Of a stretch of DNA of 64,000 nt, positions 41,359 through 55,634 are shown one piece after another. The stretch lies in assembly GCF_006345805.1 (NCBI RefSeq), contig NC_043007.1, forward strand, positions 33,480,001-33,544,000. Direction: 5' to 3'. This stretch comes from Octopus sinensis (taxonomy: Eukaryota). The notes below the pieces were generated by a model. It saw only the letters and a program-made list of their open reading frames with translations, was not told the DNA's origin and ran no database searches. Within the stretch, counting starts at the first letter, position 1. Each line of letters opens with the position of its first letter. The position numbers were made by a program, and so were the translations under genes.

Positions 41359-42105
41359 TATTATTATTATTGTTGTTGTTGTTGTTGTTATTGTTATTAT
41401 TATTATTATTATTATTATTGCTGTTGTTAATATTATTATATTTCAAAAATTGAGACTTTATGCCTGCTTAAGTAATTAATATTTCTTTTCTGCTATTGGC
41501 ACAAGGCCTGAAATTTTGGTGGTGGTGGGGAGGGCTAGTTGATTACATTGACTCCGGTGCACAACTGGTACTTATTTAATCGACCCTGGAAGGTATCAAA
41601 GGCAAAGTTAACCTCGACAGAATTTGAACTCAGAATGTTCACTATACAAGGTGGTGTGAGCTGGCAGAACTGTTAGCATGCCGGACAAAATGCTTTGTAG
41701 CATCTCATTCAGCTGTACATTCTGAGTTCAAATTTCACTGAGGTTGACTCCACCTTTCAGCATTGATGGAATAATGCTGAAATTACATCAACCCCCAGTT
41801 GAGCACTGGGGGTTGATGTAATTGACTTACCCCCTAATCTGCTGACCTTGTGCTAACATTTGAAGTCAATATTATCATTATATTTCTTATTTACATATGG
41901 CTTGTACCAAAGGACATTCTTTTACAAATTATCAAATGGTTTGTCAATAAATCATCAATTATTTTTCCTGCAACCCCAGAAGATATTCTAACCCTCCCTA
42001 TCAAAAGGTTTCGTCTGACACTTTAATCATTTCTTCTTTCTCTCAGCATAAAATTTCTTCAATATCGCCTCCATGCTTAACAAATTTTCATTGAAATGTC
42101 AAGAG

Positions 42106-42512
42106 TGGCACAGGAGTGGGTGTGAGGTAAGTAGCTTGCTTACCAACCACATGGTTCTGGGTTCAGTCCCACAGCGTGGCACTTTGGGCAAGTGTCTTCT
42201 ACTATAGCCTCAGGCCGACCAAAGCCTTGTGAGTGGATTTTGTTGATGGAAACTGAAAGAAGCCCGTCGTATATATGTATATGTATATATGTGTGTGTTT
42301 GTGTGTCAGTATTTGTCTCCCCAACATCGCTTGACAACCAATGCTGGTGTGTTTATATCCCGGTAACTTAGCGGTTTGGCAAAAGAGACCAATAGAATAA
42401 GTACTAGGCTTACAAAAAGTAAGTCCTGGGGTTGAGTTATTTGACTAAAGGTGGTGCTCCAGCATGGCCACAGTCAAATTACTGAAACAAGCAAAAGAGT
42501 AAAAGAGTAAAG
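42106..42512 (+). mobile_element. SINE family A
   Basis: Full architecture. Confidence 0.88.
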
Positions 42513-42718
42513 AGAAAGGTTTGTTTTTCTTTTTCACACCATCATTGAGAAATTCATCGTTTCTTTACTAAATAGTGTAATTTTGATCCTTGAGATACCA
42601 ACCTAACTTAAACTGCTCCTTGTTTTATGATAGATGCTTCTTATTTCATCTAAATTAAGCTGTCCCTCTTAATTTTCATGCTTATTTGTGTTTTAAACAG
42701 CAGCTCAAATTTTCAATT

Positions 42719-43120
42719 ATGAGGATAGGTTGGAAAGTTCTAATAACTGCATTATTTCTTTCCGGGTTCAAAGAAGACTTCAAAACTAGTAGCAACTTCT
42801 TTTGAAAATAGACAAAATTTAGCATCGTGTTGTTATGAAGTACCTGCAGAAAAATGGTTTAGTCTCCAAGGACATTTATGCTGACATGGTTGCTCCAGCT
42901 TTATCAACAGTGCAAAATAGGTAATTGAATTTAGGTGGAGAAGCCAGTGTCTTGAAGGTAACCCAAGGTCTGGACATCCTGCAGTTGACACCACTGAGGG
43001 AAACATTGATTGTGTTCACCATAGAGCAATGGGCACGTTATTAGGCCATTGGCTATACAGCAAATATCCAATGCTATTAGCATATCATATGAGAGAGTTG
43101 AGAATATTCTTCACAATGAA
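42719..43120 (+). pseudogene. Decayed mariner transposase N-terminus (HTH region)
   Basis: HRVVMKYLQKNGLVSKDIYADM..APALSTVQ / EFRWRSQCLEGNPRSGHP..TTEGNIDCVH. Confidence 0.7.
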
Positions 43121-44079
43121 AATATTTCTGTTGAAATAGACTACCAATGTTTCAATTAATTTTGAAAATCAGTATTTAGTTGAATAGCTTATAATTATCA
43201 ACCAGGTTTTGGAACACAAACTAACAAGAAATTTTGATGAAAGGTTTTTATTTAGACAACTTTAAAACAGGAAATTTGTTTCATTGTACTGGGTATTTAT
43301 TTAAAAGAAAATAAATACTTGGATTCATTCATGTGAATAAAGCCATCAAGGTAGTGTCTCAGCATGGCCACAATCCAATGACTGACATAAGTAAAAGATA
43401 AAAATAAAAACATGCATGTTGCCCTCTGGTTATTGAAGGTTAAGTAGGATATCTACTTTTAAGATAATGGTGAAAAGAATAATATGACAGTTACATTCAA
43501 TCACTTAATTACATATGTGTCACACATTCATTTAAAGAGCTGTTGTATTATTTCATGAGAAGGGTAGGAAATGTTAAGTTCCTTTAATCCTTTTTATAAC
43601 GTTGGTTGGTATTAAAAATATTAAGGTGTAATGCTAACCTAGTTCATTCACAAATGTTCTCTATACACTTCTAAATATTTGAAGATCTGCACTTAGACCA
43701 TGCTTCACTGAGGAGGTTGAATAAGACTGAAATATATCATGTGTTATCGTCATATTCTTGAAGATCAAAATCTCCCTCAACCACTGCATTCCATATTCAA
43801 TCAATTTCTGGTTTTCGCTGCACACCTTTTTCTGAGTAAAATTAATCATTCATTCAGATAATGATTGTTCTCATCATTAAAATTGCAATTTTAATTAATT
43901 AAAACTTTCCGTACTGAATGACCATTTCCCTATATAGAACATTACTAGTTTTCTCACATACTGCAGTTTCATACAACTGAATTTTTAGCTTCACTTTGAA
44001 AGCACATAGCATTATATACACAATCTTTTGCTTTCAAAAAAAATCTGGACTGCTATATACTCACAAACATACATTGGTA

Positions 44080-44760
44080 CGGCTATAGCTGCGTGGTAAG
44101 AAGTTTGCTTCCCCCCAAAATGGTTCCAAGTTCAGTCACACTGCATGGCAGCTTTAGAAACTGTCTTCTACTATAGCCCTGGGCTGACCAAAGTCTCGTG
44201 AGTGGATTTTGTAGATAGAATCTGAAAGAAGCTTGTCATATATACAGTAATGTCTTGATATAGGAGTTAAATTGTTCCCGGAGGCTGCTAGTAAAGTGAA
44301 AACTCGTAAAGCAGAGCAATAATTTCCCATAGTAACAATGACATTTTTTGCTGTCATTTTACTCTGTCACTGTGTAGATGCATCAGAACCATTGTTACCA
44401 CATGTTGCTACATTGCCATACACACAAAATGACTGTTTAACCTTTTTATATTTATTATAAAATAAAACTCATAAACCAAGGGTCTCATAAAGCGGGTTCT
44501 CATAAAGAGAGGTATTACTGTATAAATAACTATTTTCCTATGTGTGTGGGATTTTGTCTGTCCCACATGACTCTTTAGCAAACAGTAATGGTTTGTTTAC
44601 ATCCCTATATCATAGCTGTTTGGCAAAAGAGACCAACAGAAGATGTACCAGGCTTTAAAAGAAAATAAATACTTGGATTGATTTGTGTGAATAAAGCCAT
44701 CAAGGTAGTGTCCCAGCATGGCTACAAATCCAATGACCGACATAAGTAAAAGATAAGAAT
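44080..44760 (+). mobile_element. Diverged family A SINE split by a MITE
   Basis: Head at 44080-44240; 3' domain at 44540-44760. Confidence 0.7.
44245..44520. mobile_element. pogo/Tigger-type MITE
   Basis: TA|CAGTAAT...GAGGTATTACTG|TA termini. Confidence 0.6.
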
Positions 44761-45228
44761 AAAAAAATGCATGTTGCCTTCTGGTTATTGAAGGTTAAGT
44801 AGAATATCTCGTTTATGATAATAGTGGATGGAATAATATGACAGTTACATTCAATCGCTTAATTACATATGTGTCAGCCATTCATTTAAAGAGCTGTTGT
44901 AGCATTTCATGAGAGGGGGTAGGAAATGTTAAGTTTTTTTAATCCTTTTTATAATATTTGTATTCGGTATTATTGACTTATTCTTGCTGTCTTCTCCACA
45001 TACCTATCATTTATATCCTATACACACATTATATATATATAAACTTAGACTTAGATAAACTTAGATATGTTTCGACCAAAGATTGGTCCAGGCCATGTCT
45101 AACTTAATAGCACCACCTGATAGGATTATTCAAGAGATAATGGTGTCACTGAGACCCACTTTCCTCCACCTCACTCTCTATTTTGTATTATATCTAAACG
45201 AACTATCACTTAATCATCCTCTCACACC

Positions 45229-45280
45229 ATCTCCAATGAAGGGATATAATTAATAACTATCCTGGAAACAGCTGTAAGAC
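45229..45280 (+). ncRNA. Decayed type I hammerhead-like motif
   Basis: ATCT-CCAATGA-A-GGGATA..TATCCT-G-GAAAC-AGCT-GTA-AGAC; palindromic stem III ACAGCTGT. Confidence 0.6.
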
Positions 45281-45354
45281 CTTCTATCTATAAATGTTCT
45301 AATATCTACACAGCCTTGGTTTTTATCTCATTGCGCAAAAAAAATCTTATATAT

Positions 45355-45409
<55 letters not shown>

Positions 45410-45760
45410 CATATATATATACACACATATATATATACACACACACATATATATGTATATATGTATTGTATATATATATACATACATACATATATCTATC
45501 TATCTATCTATCTATCTATATATATATATATACACATACGCACACATATATGTATGTATTTATTTATGTCTTTGTGTCTGTGTTTGTCCCTCTGCCATCA
45601 CTTGGTGTGCTTACATCTGCATAGCTTAGTGGTTCAGCAAAAAGAAACTGATAGAATAAGTACAAGGTTTACAAAGAATAAATCCTGAAAGAGCTCCAGT
45701 ATGGCCGCAGTCAAATGACTGAAGCATGTAAAAGAATAACAGAATACATACAATACGTAC

Positions 45761-45857
45761 GAAAAATAAGAAAATGGAGACAGTGAAGTTAATAAGGATT
45801 TTTTGCTGACGAATAAACTCCTTATTAACTTCAATATCTCCATTTTCTTATTTTTCA
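45761..45857. repeat. Fold-back inverted repeat, ~38-bp arms
   Basis: GAAAAATAAGAAAATGGAGA..TGAAGTTAATAAGGA / TCCTTATTAACTTCA..TCTCCATTTTCTTATTTTTC. Confidence 0.85.
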
Positions 45858-46013
45858 TTTGAATGATTATAGACCGTGGTTTATATATAAACCTGTTATT
45901 TTATGGATATTAATTGCCACCCCACCAAATATTTTTGTATTCAACGAGTATTTCCTTGGATGACACCATCCCTTCATGAGGCCCAACATGACCTCTGATC
46001 AAACTCTAAAATA

Positions 46014-46054
<41 letters not shown>

Positions 46055-46456
46055 GATAGATAGACAGATAGATAGATAGATAGATAGATAGACAGATAGA
46101 TAATTGTTTATTCCTTTACCATCTTATTTTATTAGTATTGCACTGTACTTGACTAGCGCTTCAGTCTAATGTATATGTACAATGAATTCTACACTAAGTT
46201 ATTATCTTAAGTGAAATACACACACACACACACACATGCATAAAGTAAATTTGTTGTTGAAAATGTACCTAAATTTCGGTGCATTTTCAATGACAAATTT
46301 GCCTATATTATTTCCTGGGTGGAAATATACCCTCTCTTTTGTTGTATTATATATATATATATATATACATAAGACTATTTGAGGCACTAAATTATATGTT
46401 CTCTGCATCTTGTATCTGAAACGGCTGTAAGCTAATGAAATAAAATAACTGCTCAT

Positions 46457-46487
<31 letters not shown>

Positions 46488-46548
46488 CGTTGCTCCAGCA
46501 TGGCTGCACTCAAATGACTGAAACAAGTAAAAGAATAAAAGAATATAC

Positions 46549-46584
<36 letters not shown>

Positions 46585-46796
46585 ATATGTATATGTATAT
46601 ATATATATGTTATCATATATATATATACACACACACATACATACATGTATACATGTAATCACTTAGATATAAGCAAGTATATAAGAGTGCCACACAGATC
46701 TTAACCAAATAATCTAGTCATCCATTTATACATATGTAACATTTGTATGTCCACGCATACACAGGCACTTAGTTACACCCTCATGCATACATCATG

Positions 46797-46847
<51 letters not shown>

Positions 46848-47329
46848 TCATATGCATACATGTATAGGTAGAAGCATTCTCAGATTTCCTCCCCCTCAAA
46901 AACCTAACCTACCACACCAACACCCCCAACTGCATTATATACCTTCACACTTACTCAACTTATTCAAGAGATGCAAAAACATTCATTTTTCATTGAAGGA
47001 CACTTTGATGCACAGGTACGTATGCACATGTGTCAGTATTACAATAACTATGCTGCACTTGTTGTCTCTCTAACAGCACATCTTGCATTTATACATCCAT
47101 TATCAATACAATATAGTTTACAACTAATCTTTACTTAATACAAATGTACAGGTATTAGAGCACATATCTGAAATAGCAGGTCTGATGTTTCACCATTCGT
47201 TTTTGTTTGTTTGTTTTGGGTTTTTATAGTGTTGTTTGGTTCTGTATATCTGAAAAATATGTGCAATTGTACCCTTGAGAGAAAGAGAGGGATAAAGTGT
47301 CTGTGTGTTTTTGTTTGTGTTTGTGTATA

Positions 47330-47630
47330 TAACGTGGCACTTTGTCGCTTACAATGACGAGGGTTCCAGTTGATCCGATCAATGGAACAGCCTGCTCATG
47401 AAATTAACATGCAGTCCTCATGGCTGGCTGCTGACAAATTTTTGACCGATAGAATAAGTACTGGGCTTACAAAAATAAGTCCTGGGATCAATTTGCTTGA
47501 CTAATGGCGGAGCTCCAGCATGGCCACAGTCAAATGACTGAAACAATTAAAAGAGAGTAAAAAAAAAGAGAAAGTGGCTGAGCACTCCACAGACACGTGC
47601 ATATAAGTTGAATATAAAGATTGCCTTTTG

Positions 47631-47669
<39 letters not shown>

Positions 47670-48050
47670 TTCATCTACATTGACTCTATATCTCATTACT
47701 AGTAATACTGCTAAGTAAGGTATATACTTAACTACTATACTGGTAGCAAATGGGAATATGATAGCACTCCACAGACACATGTACCCTTAATGTAGTTTTC
47801 AGGGAGATTCAGCAGGACACAGAGTGTGACAAGGCTGATTCTTTGTAATACAACAGAAACAGGAAGAAAGAGTAAGAGAAAGTTAAGGTGAAAGAGTACA
47901 GCAGGGACCGCCACCACCCCCTGCCAGAGCCTCATGGAGCTTTAGGTGTTTTCACTCAATAAACACTCACAATGCCTGGTCTGGGAATCAAAGCCATGAT
48001 CCTACGACTGCGAGTTCACTGCCCTAACCACAGGGCCATTGCATCTCCAC
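47330..48050 (-). mobile_element. SINE family D interrupted by a family A fragment and a templated insertion
   Basis: Collinear with 16645-17015 once ~47415-47570 and ~47597-47778 are removed. Confidence 0.8.
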
Positions 48051-48177
48051 TTTGTATATATGTTCACAAGCATGACTGGAATGGTTGCTTTTATAATAAT
48101 TAGTTGTGTCACCTTACTTGCATTTCATTAACAATTAAATACAGTATATTTGGCATCCAATTTAAATCTAAACAGGA

Positions 48178-48582
48178 CTACATACATACATACATACATA
48201 CATACATACAGACATACATACATACAGACATTCATACATACAGACATACGTACATACATACATACATACATACATACATACGTACATACATACATACATA
48301 CATACATACATACATACATACATACGTACATACATACATACGTACATACGTACATACATACATACATACATACATACGTACATACATACATACATACATA
48401 CATACGTACATACATACATACATACATACATATATACATATATACGTACATACATACATGCATACATATATACATATATACGTACACACATACATATATA
48501 CATATATACATATATACGTACATACATACATACATACATACGTACATACATACGTACATACATACATACATACATACATACA

Positions 48583-48616
<34 letters not shown>

Positions 48617-48660
48617 CATATATACATACATACGTAGATGCATACATACATACATATATA
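48178..48660. repeat. (TACA)n microsatellite
   Basis: Direct reading. Confidence 0.95.
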
Positions 48661-49313
48661 CATGCATGCATATTATATTCATATGCATACAATATATTCA
48701 TATATATATATTTATATTTACATACATACACATATATATTCAACACCAATGTCATCATCATCATCATCCTCATAATATATTTATTAATATATTGGTTTCA
48801 AATTTTGGCTCAAGGTTAACCATTTGGGGGAAGAGGATAAGTTGATTACATTGACCCCAGTGATCAATGGTACTTATTTTATCGGCCCTGAAAGGATGAA
48901 AGGCAAAGTCGACCTTGGTAGAATTTGAACTCAGAATGTAAAGATGGACGAAACGCTGCTAAGCATTTTGCCTGCCATGCTAATGATTCTGCCAGCTCAC
49001 AAAACATTTTAGAAAAGTACATGTTAATTAGTTAATTATGTTAAGTCTGCAGCATGGAATTTTGTCAGTGAACAGGTCGCAGTCTCAAAGCGATGAAAAT
49101 ATTTTGACAAATTAAATTTAAATGTTGAAGTGAATCTAACAGTTTTTGCGCGTTTCTTAATTGGCTTATAAACACCTTCCACACTGCAATTGTTTTCATT
49201 CCAGCACACGATCTCAGATCAGGTCACTTGCTATGCAAGTACATCTCCATGTTAACCTTTATGAAAATGACATAGACATTGACCTCAATGTTTTGGCTCA
49301 ATTGCCTTCATAA

Positions 49314-49346
49314 CTCTGATGAAAGCTAACGAGCTGAAACATCAAG
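49314..49346 (+). ncRNA. Minimal hammerhead-like motif (duplicate at 50389-50421)
   Basis: CT-CTGATGA-A-AGCT(AACG)AGCT-GAAAC-ATC, with GTC>ATC consistent with CpG decay. Confidence 0.5.
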
Positions 49347-49712
49347 GCCATAGGCAACATTTGTAAAATTTATTGTTTATGTATTACATTTATATTACAA
49401 AGCCTAGTGAGTGGATTTGGTTGATCGAAACTGAAAGAAGCCAGTTATTTATACATACATATATCATCATCATTTTAAGATAGACTTTTCCATATTTTCA
49501 TAGATCAGATGAAATTTGTTGAGGCAGATCTTTTTACAGCTGAATGCCTTTTCAGTTACCAACATTCACTTGTTTTCAAGTAAGATAATATCTCTCCGTA
49601 GCCTGACATATTTTCATGGAAGATAGGAAATGTAGTCATTGCTTTGTACGACAGTGAAACTCATTTGCTGCTGTCATGCAATGTCAAGACAAGGAGACTA
49701 AAACACACACAT

Positions 49713-49780
<68 letters not shown>

Positions 49781-49917
49781 ACACACACCCATGCACACAC
49801 ACACACACAAACACAGGAATACATATATGCACAGCATGGGCTATGGTATTTGTGAGTGTGTATGTGTATGTTTAGCTCTGTGTGTGTGTGTGGTGTGTGT
49901 GTGTGTATGTGTGTGGT

Positions 49918-49967
<50 letters not shown>

Positions 49968-50067
49968 NNNNNNNNNNNNNNNNNNNNNNNNNNNNNNNNN
50001 NNNNNNNNNNNNNNNNNNNNNNNNNNNNNNNNNNNNNNNNNNNNNNNNNNNNNNNNNNNNNNNNNNN
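49968..50067. other. Assembly gap (100 N) with duplicated flanks
   Basis: N run; 48993-49967 is repeated at 50068-51058. Confidence 0.95.
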
Positions 50068-50811
50068 CAGCTCACAAAACATTTTAGAAAAGTACATGTT
50101 ATTAGTTTAATTATGTTAAGTCTGCAGCATGGAATTTTGTCAGTGAACAGGTCGCAGTCCAAAGCGATGAAAATATTTTGACAAATTAAATTTAAATGTT
50201 TGAAGTGAATCTAACAGTTTTTGCGCGTTTCTTAATTGGCTTATAAACACCTTCCACACTGCAATTGTTTCAATTCCAGCACACGATCTCAGATCAGGTC
50301 ACTTGCTATGCAGTACATCTCCATGTTAACCTTTATGAAAATGACATAGACATTGACCTCAATGTTTTGGCTCAATTGCCTTCATAAACTCTGATGAAAG
50401 CTAACGAGCTGAAACATCAAGCCATAGGCAACATTTGTAAAATTTATTGTTTATGTATTACATTTATATTACAAAGCCTAGTGAGTGGATTTGGTTGATC
50501 GAAACTGAAAGAAGCCAGTTATTTATACATACATATATCATCATCATTGTAAAGATAGACTTTTCCATATTTTCATAGATCAGATGAAATTTGTTGAGGC
50601 AGATCTTTTTACAGCTGAATGCCTTTTCAGTTACCAACATCACTTGTTTCAAGTAAGAAATATCTCTCCGTAGCCTGACATATTTTCATGGAAGATAGGA
50701 AATGTAGTCATTGCTTTGTACGACAGTGAAACTCATTTGCTGCTGTCATGCAATGTCAAGACAAGGAGACTAAAAACACACACATGCACACACACCACAC
50801 ACACACACACA

Positions 50812-50871
<60 letters not shown>

Positions 50872-50984
50872 CCCATGCACACACACACACACACACAGGA
50901 ATACATATATGCACAGCATGGGCTATGGTATTTGTGAGTGTGTATGTGTATGTTTAGCTCTGTGTGTGTGTGTGGTGTGTGTGT

Positions 50985-51061
<77 letters not shown>

Positions 51062-51410
51062 CATGTTTGTGTTTCTTTGTCTTGACAGCCTCGTCATACA
51101 AGCAGTGTTGTTCATTTGCAATATTCCAAGAAAACATGTCCAGCTATTGTATTCAATGGCTTCAAAACATTAGAAGAAATAATTTTCCTTGCTTGAAAGC
51201 AGCTGAGAATTGATGACAAGAAAACCATCCCAGCCATAAAAAAAATCTATTTCAACAAATTATGTTTGACCCATGCAATCATGGAAGGTACGCTAATGAT
51301 GATACACCCAGCCTCACACCCACACACATACACACATACATGTGCGTGCGCACATACATACAAGTTGAATATAAGGATTGCCTTTTGGTTTGTGTATATA
51401 TATATATATA

Positions 51411-54039
51411 GAGAAAAGAGACAGGCTTGAAGGTCTGGAAAATGGGGGTAGCAGGGAATTGTATCATACTGCCAAAAGAAGCTAGGAGACCAGTTTTATT
51501 TAGCCAGTAGGGGAAGCAGATAGAAAAAATTTGCCAATGTTCTGCGCCGTGAGGACCAAAGACTGGAGTGTGTTTCGTGTTGCAAGACAGTGTTTTGAGA
51601 GAGAATCGTGATGTGGTAGGAGAGAAGTGTGTTCGCATGGAAATGGTTCACTTGCGCTAAATGAGGATGCGAAGAGAGAGGTTTGGAGATGCACTATGAA
51701 AGGTTGCTGAATGAAGAAAATGAATGGGATAAAGAGAGTCTGCCGAATGTTGACCCAACAAAGGGACCAGCTATCCGAGTTGATAGTTCTGTGGTAGCTA
51801 AGGCAATTAGAAGCATGAAGACAGGGAAAGCCCCAGGCCCATCAGGATCACTGCAGAGATGCTCAAAATGTCTGGTAGTGTCGGCTATAGCCTAGTCACC
51901 CATATAGTTAATCAGGTGATACACAAAGGGGTCATACCCAATGACTGGTGTAGCAGTATAATAGTCCAACTGCTACAAGGTAAAGGTGATGCCCTATATA
52001 CAAATAACTACAGAGGTATCAAGCTGTTGGACCAGGTGATGAAGGTTACGGAGAGGGTCATAGCCCAACAATTAGAGAGAGTTAGTTTAGATGAGATGCA
52101 GTTTGGGTTTGTGCCATGGAAAAGTACTACTGATGCTCTATATTCCTGGTAAGGCAGCTGCAGGAGAAATACCTAGCCAAAGATAAGCCCCTGTACCTGG
52201 CTTTTGTTGACATGGAGAAAGCCTTCGACAGGTCCCCCGATCCCTTATCTGTGGGCAATGAGAAAACTAGGGATAGATGAATGGTTAGTGAGAGCTGTGC
52301 GGGCCATGTATAGGGACGCCGCTAGTAGGGTGAGGGTTGGAAATGAGTACAGTGAAGAATTCCGGGTAGAGGTAGGGGTCCACCAAGGCTCAGTACTCAG
52401 CCCCCTCCTATTTATCATAGTCCTCCAGGCAATAACGGAGGAATTCAAGACAGATGCCCTTGGGAGCTCCTCTATGCTGATGACCTTGCTCTAATTGCTG
52501 AGTCGCTATCAGAACTGGAGGAGAAGTTTCAGGTGTGGAAACAAGGATTAGAATCGAAGGGCCTCAGAGTCAATCTAGCTAAAACCAAAGTCGTAATCAG
52601 TAGGAAGGTAGACAAATCACAAACACCTTCAGGTAGATGGCCCTGCTCGATCTGTAGAAAAGGTGTAGTAGAAACTCTATAAGATGCACCAAGTGTAAGC
52701 TATGGACACATAAGAGATGCAGCAATGTCAAAGGAAGGCTAACTAGGAAGATGGTTTTTTGTATGTGGCAGATGCTCAGGAACAATAAACACTGAAAATG
52801 CTCTAGACCAACTTCCGTCACTTTCTTTCCAGGGAGAAAAACTAGAAATAGTTGATATTTTCCATTACCTAGGTGACCAAGTCAGCAGCGGGGTGGTGTG
52901 CTGAAAGTGTAACTGCTAGAGTAAGAAAAGCTTGGGCAAAGTTCAGAGAGCTCTTTACCTCTGCTGGTGACAAAGGCCTCTCGCACAGAGTGAAAGGCAG
53001 ACTGTATGATGCGTGTGTACGAACAGCCATGCTACATGGCAGTGAAACATGGGCCGTGACTGCTGAGGATATGCGTAAGCTCGCTAGAAATGAAGCCAGT
53101 ATGCTCCGATGGATGTGTAATGCCGGTACTCACACACTCGGCAGAGTGTAAGTACCTTGAGAGAAAGCTGGACCTAAGAAGCATCAGTTGTGGTGTGCAA
53201 GAGAGACGTTTGCGCTGGTATGGTCATGTGGCGAGAATGGATGAAGATAGTTGTGTGAAAAAGTGCCACACCCTAGCGGTTGAGGGAACCTGGGAAGAGG
53301 CAGACCCAGGAAAACCTGGGACGAGGTGGTGAAGCACGACCTTCGAACTTTAGGTCTCACTGGGAAATGACTAGAGACCGAGACCTCTGGAAGTGTGCTG
53401 TGCGCGAGAAGACCCGGCAGGACAAGTGAGTCCACAACCCTGGCCTTCTACATGGGATGGAGCCAGCCTACGTATGCATACCTTCCCTTCTTGGGACACA
53501 AAACTCTACTTGTGAAGACGTGTTGAGGCAAGTGAGGATCAGAATCGAAATCGATCATGGAAATTGCGGATGTGCTACCAGTGCCGTGGCATGTCGAAAC
53601 TCTGCTTGTGAAGACCCATTGAGGCAAGTGGGATCAGAATCGAAATCGTCAATGGAATCGATCAATGGACATTGCAGATGTGTTTACCAGTGCCCGGTGG
53701 CATGTAAGAGAACTTTCCGTTCGCGACCGTTGCAGCACCGCCCCGTTTCGTGTCCGTTGCCAGCCTCGCCTGGCCCTCGTGCCGGTGGCACATAAAAAGC
53801 ACCCATCCTTTCGTGGCCGTTTGCCAGCTCTGTCTGGCACCAGTGCGGGTGCACACTAAAGCACCCACTACACTCACGGAGTGGTTGGCGTTAGGAAGGG
53901 CATCCAGCCGTAGAAACACTGCCAGATTTGACTGGGCCGATGAAGCCTTCTGGCTTCACAGACCCCAGTAGAACCGTCCAACCCATGCTAGCATGGAAAA
54001 CGGACGCTAAATGATGATGATGATGATGATGATGATGAT
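51411..54039 (+). mobile_element. 5'-truncated RTE-clade LINE; frameshifted reverse transcriptase
   Basis: MKTGKAPGP, NYRGIKLL, QFGF, FVDMEKAFD, GVHQGSVLSPLLF, LYADDL (YADD 52473-52484), LHGSETW, RRLRWYGHVARM; (GAT)n tail; inserted in (TA)n. Confidence 0.95.
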
Positions 54040-54263
54040 AATATATATATATAATTTCATCTACATTGCTTCTATATTTCATTACTAGTAATACTGCTAA
54101 GTAAGGTAGTTACTTAACTACTATACTGGTAGCAAATGGGAATATGATAGCATACATAGAGCTCTAAACACAACAATAACAGTCATACATCTGTTTTGTG
54201 TTACACAATATATATATATATATATATATTGTGTATAGATAGATAGATAGATAGATATACAAG

Positions 54264-54294
<31 letters not shown>

Positions 54295-55265
54295 TCTTTG
54301 TATATCTATCTATCTATCATCTATCTATCTATCTATCTATCTAACTACCTATCTATATATATATATATATACATATATATGTATATATATATATGTGTGT
54401 GTGTGTGTATATATGTATATATATATGTATACACACGCATATATTCATACATACATATATACATATGCGCAAATATACGTAAATATCTATACATATATGT
54501 ATGTATGTTTGAATATATATATATATATATATACATTCATACATATATACATATATATGCATACATGCACACAATCACACACAAACACATTAACCATTTG
54601 CTGCCTGCACAGTGAGATGGAACCAAGGACACCAGGACCAGATGGATGTGAAGGTAACCGCTTAACCACACACCAATACCTGTTTATTTGCAATAACAGT
54701 ATAAACAAGCCAACCGCCTCAAGATATATAACCTACTTTTATATAAACACACAAATATTTTCAGCAATTTCAGCAACAAGATGTTCAGCGTTGGATGTAA
54801 TATTACTTCATTAGTTAGATTATAAAAATCTCTGTCCAGACTTAGAAGTTGGTGTAAGATGAACAATAACAGATTTCGTTTTATATGTCAGTATAACCTT
54901 TGTCACACGTAATGTTATATATGACCTGAGGATAAATGAAAAAGTAAAATAATAAAATAATAAAATATTACAGTAATTTATTTTTTCTTTTCTTTCGGTA
55001 AAAATTTACAGTGTGCGGTATTGAAATAAAATCCGTGTGAATGTTTTAGTTAAAAAATCCAAATTCATTATGTTTTATGCTTGGCATATAAGATTTCCCA
55101 AGCATCTTAAAAGCCCTCCTTAGGGGTTTCAAAACTGAATATATTTTATTTTGCATCTCATTAAAATGCTTCAAATTGACACATTTTTGTTTCTTTTACT
55201 CTCTTTCTCTCTCTCTCTCTTTCTTTGTCTCTGTCTCTGTCTGTCTGTCTGTCTTTCTGTCAGTC

Positions 55266-55302
<37 letters not shown>

Positions 55303-55634
55303 TTAGTAATTATTTTCAGTCACAAGAATCCATGTTTAGAGGTGCTGACATAGTGGTGAAGAAGTTCACTTCACAGCAACATAGTCATGGTTTCAATTCC
55401 TCTGCACAACTCCTTGGACAAATGATTCCTGCTATAGCCCTAAGCTTAGCAAAGCTTAGGGCTACAGAGTGTATTGGCAGATGGAAACTGAAATTCTTTA
55501 TGTGTCTGTATATATATATATATGTCCAACCCATGTCCAACCCATGCTAGCATGGAAAACGGACGCTAAATGATGATGATGATGATGATGATGATATACA
55601 TGTACATATATGTATATGAGAAACTATAGCCTAT

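Noticed and set aside
43661-43849. 62-aa minus-strand ORF with normal composition
   Set aside because: No recognisable motif or convincing exon boundaries.
48993-51058. ~1-kb direct duplication on either side of the N run
   Set aside because: It starts exactly at the gap edge and differs mostly by 1-bp indels, typical of an unmerged contig or haplotype overlap.
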